64,000 nucleotides of DNA, from the NCBI GenBank assembly GCA_964643725.1, contig CAZXTL010000001.1, positions 129,041 to 193,040 of the forward strand, in the 5' to 3' direction. Origin of the DNA: an uncultured Candidatus Marinamargulisbacteria bacterium (GTDB lineage Bacteria; Margulisbacteria; Riflemargulisbacteria; GWF2-35-9; DYQY01). The notes beneath the pieces are model-generated. The model worked only from the letters and a program-made list of their open reading frames with translations. It was not told where the DNA came from and did no database searches. The position numbers and the translations under genes were made by a program. This document shows, in pieces, positions 47,912 through 56,712 of the stretch. The first letter of the stretch is position 1, and every line of letters starts with the position of its first letter.

Positions 47912-49861
47912 ATGTTTAATGTAATAACAAATTTCAAAATGCACTTTAAAGTAGTATCTTTGCCGATAAATCAAAAGAATATTGGAGAGGTAGCTCTTGC
48001 AGAGTATGTTGGTAAGCTTTGTGATTTTTTGCTTTCCAAATATTCGGATGCTCCATCTTTTGTTTGGAGTAATTTTGTAGATGTAGTCATAGAGTTGCCA
48101 AATTTGTTACAACAAGTTGAAGCAGAAACTGGTGCGCATACTTCAGAAAAAGTAAATAGTATGGGTAAGTTGTGTTGGCTTATTGCTAATTATCATCCAA
48201 ACAAGTTTGATGCTTTTAATAAAAGATTTTTTGGTTCGAATAAAGCCCCTATGTCAGATTATATACCAAAAGTGAAAAGTAGCGTTGATACAGTGTATCT
48301 TCCTATTTCTGGACATACTAATCCTGATGTTGATTCTATAGTTTCAGTAATTATGATGTCATATTTAATGTTTCAAACAGGGGATAAAAGATTAATGATA
48401 AAACCTTGTTATGAAGGTGTGTTGCAAGAAGAAGTCAGAGACTATGTGGATTCTGTTCTTGGTAGAAAGGGTTTCACTGAAGCTTTTTTTACTAACCTAA
48501 ATGATAACCCATATGTTTGTGCAAAAAGAAAGATGATTACTTCAGCTCATTTGCCTGTAGTTACACCTGGAATGAATTATTTGGAAGCAACAAAAAATGT
48601 TCTTAAATATAAGCCTGGGCTAAGGGTTCTTATGCCTATAATTGATGCCGATGGTAAGTATCTGGGATGTTTGAGACATGTAGAAAGAGAAGAGTTTCTT
48701 ATGACAGAAATTGTTAAAGGGCGAGACCTGAAAGAGTTGACAGTAGCAGATGCTTTGGCATGGAAGAATATCTATAAATCTACACGAGAGAAAGTTCCTG
48801 AAGATATTCAGTTTGAGTTAAATGTAGAGATGGATTCTGCTATGCAGATAACTCTTGAGAAAGTCTACGCTGTACCAGTTGTTAATGCAGATAATAAGTT
48901 TGCTGGAATTGTAACGCAAGCTGAATACTATAAAGAAAATATGGGGTTAATATTAGTGGATACGCAAGAGCCTACTTCTAGTTTAAAAGGTATAGATTCG
49001 AAATTTATAGTTAAAAAAGACCATCATGAAGATAAGGGTGGGCTTTCGAGCGGTGTGAGTATCGGTAGCAATAGCTCAACAGTGGCAATGATTTTGAAAG
49101 ATTATTTGCAGTTTAGAAGGAATGTTAGTTTTCCAGCACAGCTCGCTAGGCTTGGACTTGGTGCGATGCTTATAGATTCAAACATGAAAGAAAGATTCAT
49201 AGATCAGGATGATTATTTGTTTGATGAAGTTGCAGCATATTGTTTAGCTGTAGAGCAGGGTGTTAGTTATGGAAATAACTTTCATGAAAGTGCTAGGTAT
49301 CAAAAAGATAAACAGGCAATACAGCTTGAAGAAGCAATCAGATATAGGTCTATTCAGGCAGATGTTTTCAGAAATAAGATGTTGCAAAACAGGAACGCAC
49401 TTTATGATGCAGGTGATGTTAAGGATTATAAAGCGGAATATGGAATAGACGTTATGGCTTGGCAGTGGGAGTTAAATAAAGACTTACTAGCTATTCATCT
49501 TTCTAAAGCAAAAGATGTTCCTTTAGAATTAGCCGAAAAAACATTAGAGAAGAGAAGAAACTTTGGAATACTTTTAGTTACACCAACAGATAGAGAAAAT
49601 ATGGGAAAACAAGCGGATAGTATGTTGGTGTTTGGTAAAACAAAGAAAGACTTACAGAAGCTTATGACTTATTGGAAACAAAACCTATTGGATTCTGTTA
49701 CAGGAAATCGTATTTCTCAGCAAGATTTTGAATATACAATAACTGAGGTTAAAGATAGTAGAGGCATAATTGGATATTGCGCCAAAATAGACTTTTCAGA
49801 TAACGTGAATTTTAATTCCAGAAAAAAGAGTGTATTGAAAACACTTTTGGTGTATTTTTAG
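47912..49861 (+). CDS. DHH-family phosphoesterase-like protein with a CBS-pair insertion and a about 130-aa unassigned N-terminal extension
   Basis: A DHH motif I-like segment (ISGHTNPDVDSIVS) and a DHH triad (KKDHHED) are present. CBS-like segments are VLMPIIDADGKYLG and AVPVVNADNKFAGIVT. No GGGH DHHA2 motif was seen. Confidence 0.45.
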   Translation: MFNVITNFKMHFKVVSLPINQKNIGEVALAEYVGKLCDFLLSKYSDAPSFVWSNFVDVVIELPNLLQQVEAETGAHTSEKVNSMGKLCWLIANYHPNKFDAFNKRFFGSNKAPMSDYIPKVKSSVDTVYLPISGHTNPDVDSIVSVIMMSYLMFQTGDKRLMIKPCYEGVLQEEVRDYVDSVLGRKGFTEAFFTNLNDNPYVCAKRKMITSAHLPVVTPGMNYLEATKNVLKYKPGLRVLMPIIDADGKYLGCLRHVEREEFLMTEIVKGRDLKELTVADALAWKNIYKSTREKVPEDIQFELNVEMDSAMQITLEKVYAVPVVNADNKFAGIVTQAEYYKENMGLILVDTQEPTSSLKGIDSKFIVKKDHHEDKGGLSSGVSIGSNSSTVAMILKDYLQFRRNVSFPAQLARLGLGAMLIDSNMKERFIDQDDYLFDEVAAYCLAVEQGVSYGNNFHESARYQKDKQAIQLEEAIRYRSIQADVFRNKMLQNRNALYDAGDVKDYKAEYGIDVMAWQWELNKDLLAIHLSKAKDVPLELAEKTLEKRRNFGILLVTPTDRENMGKQADSMLVFGKTKKDLQKLMTYWKQNLLDSVTGNRISQQDFEYTITEVKDSRGIIGYCAKIDFSDNVNFNSRKKSVLKTLLVYF

Positions 49862-50490
49862 TGTAAAATTATTGCGCTGGTGCTTTGCTCTGGATACATC
49901 ATATAGCTTTCAGTTAAAGCAACATCCTTAGATTCATTTAGTTCAAGAAGTGTAAAAAGATCTTTTTGCATGCTCATATCAGGGCATAGCGAATATCCAA
50001 ACGAATATCTTTCTGGTGGTACTCTGCTGCCAAGTTCATTTCTCATGGTGTTGTGATTATATTGGGCCAAAGCTTCTGCCATCCAAGTAGTAAAACCATG
50101 GAAGTAAAAAGCGTTTGAGTAGTTACCTTCCTTTTCAAATTCTTCATATTTGGTTAGTGCTTCTTTGCCTAAAGTAACTACTTGAAGAACAATTTTGTTT
50201 CCTGCTGAAGAAGCAACATTTTTGTTGTCTATTGTTGGGAATTTCCAAGTAATACCGTGGTTAGGAAAGGAGATAGAAGTATCTGTTTTAGTAATATGAA
50301 AAGTATCATAGAAAACAATGCCTTTTACGTTTGAATTTATTACTAGTTCTTTTATTTGAGAAAATGCCTTTTCTAATTCAAGAATTGTTTCCGGATTATT
50401 GTTTTTTAATCCCCAAGAAGTTTTAAAAAGTACTTGTTTGTTGATAAAGGGAATGAATTTATCAGGATCAATTATTTTTTTTTGAACCAT
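49858..50490 (-). CDS. methionine synthase reactivation (AdoMet-binding, Met_synt_B12) domain as a separate protein
   Basis: The activation-domain pattern is FHGFTTWMAEALAQY...RYSFGYSLCPDMS...LF.LL. It overlaps the metH core gene by 23 nt. Confidence 0.7.
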   Translation of the reverse strand: MVQKKIIDPDKFIPFINKQVLFKTSWGLKNNNPETILELEKAFSQIKELVINSNVKGIVFYDTFHITKTDTSISFPNHGITWKFPTIDNKNVASSAGNKIVLQVVTLGKEALTKYEEFEKEGNYSNAFYFHGFTTWMAEALAQYNHNTMRNELGSRVPPERYSFGYSLCPDMSMQKDLFTLLELNESKDVALTESYMMYPEQSTSAIILH

Positions 50491-53047
50491 TTATTAAATC
50501 CTCTAATATTTTTAATCCACTGAAGGCATCCTTGGAGTAGAATACTCCTCCTTTGTATGGTTTTCCATTCACTTTAGAAATAGTATTCGCAAAGTTTTCG
50601 TTGATGGCGGCTCCGCCTATAATAACAGGAATATTTTTTCCTAAAGCATGAAGTTTCTCAACAATAAGTTGCATTTGTTTAGAGGTTGTAACAAGCAAGG
50701 CAGAAAGGGTGATAGCGTCTGCATTTTCTTTGAGTGCAGTTTCGATAATTTTATCAGCTGGGACTTGTTTGCCGAGGTCGATAACTTTATAACCGTTATT
50801 TTCTGTGATAGTTTTCACAAGGTTCTTGCCAATATCATGAACGTCTCCATAAACAGTAGCAAGTACGATAGTTCCTTTGGATAAGTTACTGTTTTTGTCT
50901 AAATATTGTTCAAGATGGATGATGGAGCGCTTCATTATTTCTGCTGACTCCAGAACAAACGGTAGAATAATCTCTCCTTTTTCCATTTTACCACCGACTA
51001 TTTTCATGGCAGGAAGAAGTACTGTATTAATTATTTCTTCTGTTTTCATTGTTTGCCTTAGTTTTTCAAGTAGTTCAACTATATTTTCTTTATCTCTTGT
51101 TACTATTTTTTGTTGAATGAGTTTATCTAAAGATATATTTTCATTTGATATTTTTTTATCTGTTTTTTGTATAGCATTGTCTGGTTTATTATTTTGAAAA
51201 TATTCAATAAACTCTGTTAGTGCATTTGGTTTTGTATTAAGGATTAGATTTTCGGCAAGAGCTACTTCTGTTTTATTTAATGTTGAAAGTGGGTGGAAAT
51301 GTTCAGCATTGAAGATTGCCATATCAAGGCCATACTCAACAGCTTTATGTAGGTAAACAAGATTTAGTACTTTTCTAGATTGAGGAGTAAGGCCAAATGA
51401 TACGTTGCTTACACCTAGAACAGTTTTTACCCCAGGGAGTTCTTGTTTGAGTAGTTTAATTGCGTTAAAAGTTTCTATTGCTGAGTCTCTCCATTCTTCT
51501 TCCCCAGTAGCAAGTGTAAATGTAAGCGTGTCAAAAATAAGTTGTTCAGGTTTGAGGTTATAGTCTGTTACTGCTATTTTATATATTTTTTTAGCAATAA
51601 TAATTTTTTCAGCAACTGTTTTAGCCATTCCCTGTTCATCAATACAAAGTGCAATAGTGCTTAGTCCAAAATTTTTAACAATTGGTAATATTTGATGTAT
51701 TTTTTCGCTTTCTAGATTAATGGAGTTTATTAACGGTTTTCCCGCATATGCTTTTACCGCAGATTCAAGGACATTAGCTTCTGTGGAATCAAAACAGAGT
51801 GGTAACATGGTTGCATAGGCTGTTTTTTTAGCAAAGTGAGCAAGTTGAGCTTCTTCGTCACTTCTTTCTGTCATTGCAAAGCAACAATCAATAAGGTCTG
51901 CCCCTTGTTGTTCTTGGGATTTAGTAAGGTCAATCAGTTCGTCATATTTATCTTGTAGCATTAAGTCTTTGGCTTTTCGAGATCCTTGTGAATTTATTCT
52001 TTCACCAATAATTTGTGGAGCATCTTTTTCTTTTGGTAAAGATATCGGACTACAGAAACTAGGTAAATGGTTTAGGGCTTGGGGCTTAAGGCTTAGGGTA
52101 TTTTGGATTTTGTCATTTGTCATTTGGATTTTAGCACGTAGTGCTTTGATATGTTCTGGTGTTGTGCCACAGCAACCACCAACAACGCTTATTCTATATT
52201 TTTTTAAGTAATCACCAATAACATCTCCAAATAGTTCAGGTGTCATTTTATAATGAGCTGCTCCATCAATATTTTCAGGCATTCCTGCATTGGGAATTAT
52301 GGAAATGGGAAGCGGAGAATGATCACTAAGTAACTTGATAGTATTTTCCATTTCTGTTGGTCCAGTTGAGCAGTTAATACCAAAAACATCTACGCCCATA
52401 TCTTTAATAATGGTAAGTGCAGTTAGTATGTGCGTGCCAAAGAGCATGTTGCTATGTTGGTCAACAGTAACTTGAACTTGTAAGGCTATTTCTTTGCATG
52501 AGGAGTTGATAGCTTTTCTGGCTCCTACAATGCCAGCTTTTACTTCCAAGATGTCATGTTGTGTCTCTAGCAATAAAAGGTCAGCCCCGCCATCTATAAG
52601 TGCCTTTGCTTGTTCTTCAAAGACGGAAGCTAACTCGTCGAAACTAATGTTTCCTAAGCTTGGGTCTGTGGAGGAAGGCAGAAAACCTGTTGGTCCCATT
52701 GAACCCATCACGAATCTGTCTTTTAAGTTAAGTGAGTTTATTGCTTTTTTTGCGTTTTGAGCTGCAGCAAAGTTAAGGTCATATACTTTTTTTTCAAGGC
52801 CATATTCTTTAAGCTTTATTCTGTTCCCACCAAAACTGTTAGTATCCATTACTTCGGCGCCTGCTAGCAAGTATTGTTTATGGATATCTTGGATGATGTC
52901 TGGTCTAGTAATGTTAAGGTATTCAAAAGCTCCCTCAAATCCTTGGAAATCTTCAGGGGTTATTTTGTGCTTTTGAAGCATTGTTCCAAACCCTCCATCT
53001 TGGAAGATTAGTTGCCCTTCTTTAATAAGTTTTAGGTATTTACTCAT
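50468..53047 (-). CDS. metH: cobalamin-dependent methionine synthase core (Hcy-binding + pterin-binding + B12 cap + B12-binding domains)
   Basis: The Hcy methyltransferase N-terminus (DGGFGTMLQ), a pterin-binding region and the B12-binding DxHxxG motif (GDVHDIGKNLV) are present. At 859 aa it lacks the C-terminal activation domain. Confidence 0.85.
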   Translation of the reverse strand: MSKYLKLIKEGQLIFQDGGFGTMLQKHKITPEDFQGFEGAFEYLNITRPDIIQDIHKQYLLAGAEVMDTNSFGGNRIKLKEYGLEKKVYDLNFAAAQNAKKAINSLNLKDRFVMGSMGPTGFLPSSTDPSLGNISFDELASVFEEQAKALIDGGADLLLLETQHDILEVKAGIVGARKAINSSCKEIALQVQVTVDQHSNMLFGTHILTALTIIKDMGVDVFGINCSTGPTEMENTIKLLSDHSPLPISIIPNAGMPENIDGAAHYKMTPELFGDVIGDYLKKYRISVVGGCCGTTPEHIKALRAKIQMTNDKIQNTLSLKPQALNHLPSFCSPISLPKEKDAPQIIGERINSQGSRKAKDLMLQDKYDELIDLTKSQEQQGADLIDCCFAMTERSDEEAQLAHFAKKTAYATMLPLCFDSTEANVLESAVKAYAGKPLINSINLESEKIHQILPIVKNFGLSTIALCIDEQGMAKTVAEKIIIAKKIYKIAVTDYNLKPEQLIFDTLTFTLATGEEEWRDSAIETFNAIKLLKQELPGVKTVLGVSNVSFGLTPQSRKVLNLVYLHKAVEYGLDMAIFNAEHFHPLSTLNKTEVALAENLILNTKPNALTEFIEYFQNNKPDNAIQKTDKKISNENISLDKLIQQKIVTRDKENIVELLEKLRQTMKTEEIINTVLLPAMKIVGGKMEKGEIILPFVLESAEIMKRSIIHLEQYLDKNSNLSKGTIVLATVYGDVHDIGKNLVKTITENNGYKVIDLGKQVPADKIIETALKENADAITLSALLVTTSKQMQLIVEKLHALGKNIPVIIGGAAINENFANTISKVNGKPYKGGVFYSKDAFSGLKILEDLINGSKKNN

Positions 53048-53160
53048 AGCATAAGTATAAGGGAAAAGGTGAAAAGTAAAAAGGTGAAAAGCATGCCCAG
53101 CTCTTTACCTTTTGCCTTCTATGTTATATCTTGGAAAAAGAATAGTTTAGGGGGATTAAG

Positions 53161-53940
53161 ATGGAAATAAATATACTAATTGCAGCTTCTATAATTTTTG
53201 TCGTTATTTTTGTTGGGATGAGCGATATATTAGTTAATCCACAAGCATATATTGATGCTCCTTCTTTTTTGATTGTAGTTGGTCTTTGTTTTGCCTCTCT
53301 TTTAATAAGTTCTTCTTTTGCTAAATTCAAGATTTTTTTAAAAACAGGGAAAATGGTTATTATGCCTAAGAAGCAGATGACTCCTCAGGATGCGATAGAT
53401 GAATTAGTTAGACTTGCTAAGGTTTGTAAATCGCAAGGAAGGGTGGCTCTTAATAAAGAAGTGGAAACAATCAAACAACCTTTTCTTAAGTTCGGAGTAC
53501 AGCTATTAACAGAAAAAACAGGACATGCTTTTATTAAAGCTACTTTGGATAATGATATTGAGGAAATGGAAAACAGACACGGGAGTATTCATTCCATGTA
53601 TGGGAATATGGCTAGCTTTGGTCCTGTTTATGGTATGGTTGGTACAATTGTAGGGTTAATACAGTTACTTAAAGGATTGTCAGATGCTTCAAAAATTGGT
53701 CCTGCGATGGCTGTTGCGCTTATTACTACTTTATATGGTGGAATAATTTCTGGTGTTATTTTTATACCGGCTAAAGAGAAATTAAAAGAAATGTCAGAAA
53801 AAGAAGCATATTTGAAAAGATTAATAACTCAAGGGATTCTAATGATAGAAAAAGAAGAAATTCCTTCTAAGGTAGAGAAGTTTTTGAAGAGTTTTCTTCA
53901 GGATAATGACAAGAATGTTGTTAAAAAAGTTAAGAAGTAG
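53161..53940 (+). CDS. second MotA/PomA-like stator proton-channel protein
   Basis: It has the 2+2 TM topology with a cytoplasmic loop. The conserved TM3-4 region reads FGPVYGMVGTIVGLIQLL...AMAVALITTLYGGIISGVIFIP. Confidence 0.7.
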   Translation: MEINILIAASIIFVVIFVGMSDILVNPQAYIDAPSFLIVVGLCFASLLISSSFAKFKIFLKTGKMVIMPKKQMTPQDAIDELVRLAKVCKSQGRVALNKEVETIKQPFLKFGVQLLTEKTGHAFIKATLDNDIEEMENRHGSIHSMYGNMASFGPVYGMVGTIVGLIQLLKGLSDASKIGPAMAVALITTLYGGIISGVIFIPAKEKLKEMSEKEAYLKRLITQGILMIEKEEIPSKVEKFLKSFLQDNDKNVVKKVKK

Positions 53941-53948
53941 GAAATAAG

Positions 53949-54791
53949 ATGGCAAAGAAAGTAAGGGCAGAAGCTATGAATATCGCTGATGCAATTATGG
54001 GTGACCTTATGTGTCAGATGCTTACCTTTTTCATTTTACTATATACAATTGCAGCATTAAATCTTTCGAAGACCCCTGAAGCAGGGGATAGCGATAGCGT
54101 CACAGAACAAATAAAAAAAGGGTTTAGACAGAGACTAAACATGACTCAAGAAAAGACTCCTGTTAGAGAAGATCCTATTATTCAAGTAACGGAGGCTAAG
54201 GCAGAAGAATTGGAAGTGGAACAAAAGTCGCAACTAATAACAAAAATAAAAAAAATTGTTGAGAAAGAGACTTTGAAAAAATATATAGAGGTTGTGGTTG
54301 AGGAACAGAAGATTCGTCTGATTTTTAATCAGCCAGTATTATTTAATTCTGGATATGCGTATTTAAAGCCTGGCGCAAATATGTATCTTGACCCTGTTAT
54401 CAAAGAGATTCTTGGGACTATAGAAAACGATATAATTATTGAGGGCCATACTGATAATTTGCCTATTAAAAATGATATGTATAAGGATAATTGGCAGTTA
54501 TCTTTTGATAGAGCCTATACTGTTCTTAAGTATATGGTTGATTTCCATAAAATAGATCCTAATAGGGTTTCAGCAATCGGATATGGAGAATTTAGGGCAA
54601 GGGTAGATAATGACACACCAGAAAATCTAGCGATAAATCGAAGAATAGAGGTAAATATCTTGCTTCAGACTAAAATAATGGATTCTGAAAATAAATCTTC
54701 GAAAGTAGAGCATACGCCTATTCCAATGGATGCGCAAAAAAGTATGCCTGTTGCAATACCTAAAGATGTAAAAGTTGTTATTCCAATATAA
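53949..54791 (+). CDS. second MotB-like stator protein (OmpA C-terminal domain)
   Basis: The N-terminal TM with Asp reads MGDLMCQMLTFFILLY. The OmpA-like C-terminus reads EGHTDNLP...DNWQLSFDRA...NRRIEVNI. Confidence 0.65.
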   Translation: MAKKVRAEAMNIADAIMGDLMCQMLTFFILLYTIAALNLSKTPEAGDSDSVTEQIKKGFRQRLNMTQEKTPVREDPIIQVTEAKAEELEVEQKSQLITKIKKIVEKETLKKYIEVVVEEQKIRLIFNQPVLFNSGYAYLKPGANMYLDPVIKEILGTIENDIIIEGHTDNLPIKNDMYKDNWQLSFDRAYTVLKYMVDFHKIDPNRVSAIGYGEFRARVDNDTPENLAINRRIEVNILLQTKIMDSENKSSKVEHTPIPMDAQKSMPVAIPKDVKVVIPI

Positions 54792-54847
54792 AGTTGATTT
54801 AGAACTTTAAATATGTTTAAATTATTGTAAATGAGAGGGTCCGATTA

Positions 54848-55207
54848 ATGAGGAAAATACTAATTATTGATGATGCCGCTTTTTATAGGCTTCAAACAAA
54901 GACATTACTTGAAAGACAGGGATTTAAGGTCTTAGAAGCAGATAATGGCGAAACAGGTTTAGAAATATTCAGAGAAGAGAAGCCTGATTTAGTTATCCTT
55001 GATAATATTCTTCCTGGGATTCAAGGTATAGGCGTTTTGAAAATAATTAGAGAACATACTCCAGATGCTAAAGTAATTGTTGTTTCAAGCGCTGCAAATG
55101 AAGCAATGATTGAGCGGATTGAGGAATTACATGCAGATGCATTTATTAAAAAACCACATGAAGATATTGTTTTTTTAGATAATGTGTTTAGGGTGTTAGA
55201 AGAATGA
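54848..55207 (+). CDS. CheY-like single-domain response regulator
   Basis: It is 119 aa with the receiver motifs DD (IIDDAA), a phospho-acceptor D (LVILDNILPG) and a conserved K (FIKKP). Confidence 0.75.
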   Translation: MRKILIIDDAAFYRLQTKTLLERQGFKVLEADNGETGLEIFREEKPDLVILDNILPGIQGIGVLKIIREHTPDAKVIVVSSAANEAMIERIEELHADAFIKKPHEDIVFLDNVFRVLEE

Positions 55208-55563
55208 CAAAGATTTTAGTAGTTGATGATGCTGCATTTATTAGAATGAGGGTAGAAAAGTTCTTGCAAAGACAAGGATTTGAAGTTTTTTTGGCAGAAG
55301 ACGGTACATCAGGTTTAGAATCTTTTAAAAAAGAAAAACCAGATATCATTTTTTTAGATGTAACTATGCCAGACATTTCAGGGATGGAAGTTCTTAAGCA
55401 AATAAAGGAAATTGATAAGGATGCAAAAGTAGTTATGTTGACCAACATAGACCAGCAAGAAACTATAATGGAGGCTGTTAAGCTCGGAGCCAAAGGTTTT
55501 ATGAAAAAACCTTTTGAGGAAGAAAAACTTTTAGACAAGATAAATAAACTTCTAAAAACTTAA
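55204..55563 (+). CDS. CheY-like single-domain response regulator (second copy)
   Basis: It is 119 aa with receiver motifs (VVDDAA, IIFLDVTMP, FMKKP). It overlaps the previous gene by 4 nt. Confidence 0.75.
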   Translation: MTKILVVDDAAFIRMRVEKFLQRQGFEVFLAEDGTSGLESFKKEKPDIIFLDVTMPDISGMEVLKQIKEIDKDAKVVMLTNIDQQETIMEAVKLGAKGFMKKPFEEEKLLDKINKLLKT

Positions 55564-55573
55564 TCTAGGCTTA

Positions 55574-56578
55574 TTGCGGTTCCCCCTTTTTAAGAATAAT
55601 ATTAACAATTGTATGAGAGTAACTTCCTTTATATATTTTTTCTTATTTATCGCATCTTTTTTATTCTCTTTGGAGTTAGTAGACGTTACACGTAACCACC
55701 AGTATCATGATCAGGTGTATTATTTAGCTGAGAGCCAATTTGTTCCAGCATTTATTGATAGCACCTTTCAATTAGATTCTGAACTTACTGTATATCAGGT
55801 AGCCTTGAGTTTATTATTTGTCAGCGGTATAAGTTTAAATTTTAATAAAGTTGAGCCATATGTTCCGGAATTTGCAAAATCATCGGTTGAGTATCCGTAT
55901 ATGCAGTATATTTACGAAAAAGAGATTATGAAGGTTGGAATTGATGGTTTTGCCACTTGTAGTGTTTCTGAAGCATTAAACATGTTTTCGAAGGTATATA
56001 AAGATGGCAAGTTTTCTTTAGATAAAAAAACTGGCACTGATTCGTTTAAAAGAGCTGACTTCCTTGTGCTTATGACTAAAATCGATGCATTTAACAAATC
56101 TGTTAGCAGATATCGAATTGATAAACGTAAAAGAGAAGATGAGTATGTGGGGTCTGCTGTGAGTGAGTATATTTTAGGTTATGCAAGTGCGCTTGATCGG
56201 ATAGAATTAAGCAAATATAGTACCGGGAATAAAGACTTTTATAATATGTTTTGGCGATTTGCTTCAGAGAAAGATAAGAAATATCAGAAGTTTAGTGAGG
56301 ACCTTTCCTTAGAGGATTTAGATCTCTTAGATAAAAGGTTAAATCAAGCTTTGCTTAATTTTTATAATTATAAATATTGGCTTGTTATACAGCAATGTAA
56401 TATTGTTCTTAAAGAGGAACCAAAAAATATTGGGGCATTGAAGTTGAAAGGATCAACATACTATATGTTGAGGGATTTCGAAAAGGCTAGAAAATATTGG
56501 GAAAAAGTCCTTTATTACCAACCTAATAATAAAGAGATTGAGTATTTTTTAAAGGTATTACCTAAGGTAGCTGTTTGA
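55574..56578 (+). CDS. membrane-anchored TPR-repeat protein
   Basis: There is an N-terminal TM (TSFIYFFLFIASFLFSL). TPR-like helices lie at the C-terminus (LKLKGSTYYMLRDFEKARKYWEKVLYYQPNN). Confidence 0.4.
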   Translation: MRFPLFKNNINNCMRVTSFIYFFLFIASFLFSLELVDVTRNHQYHDQVYYLAESQFVPAFIDSTFQLDSELTVYQVALSLLFVSGISLNFNKVEPYVPEFAKSSVEYPYMQYIYEKEIMKVGIDGFATCSVSEALNMFSKVYKDGKFSLDKKTGTDSFKRADFLVLMTKIDAFNKSVSRYRIDKRKREDEYVGSAVSEYILGYASALDRIELSKYSTGNKDFYNMFWRFASEKDKKYQKFSEDLSLEDLDLLDKRLNQALLNFYNYKYWLVIQQCNIVLKEEPKNIGALKLKGSTYYMLRDFEKARKYWEKVLYYQPNNKEIEYFLKVLPKVAV

Positions 56579-56712
56579 TGATGTTTTAGGGTACACTATA
56601 TGTAGTGTTTTTTCTTTTATTTCTGACCATAAATTCGGGAAAAATTTGCAGTCTTGATTGACACCATATGTGTTTATATAATAATATTACATACACGGGG
56701 GAAGAGGGAATA

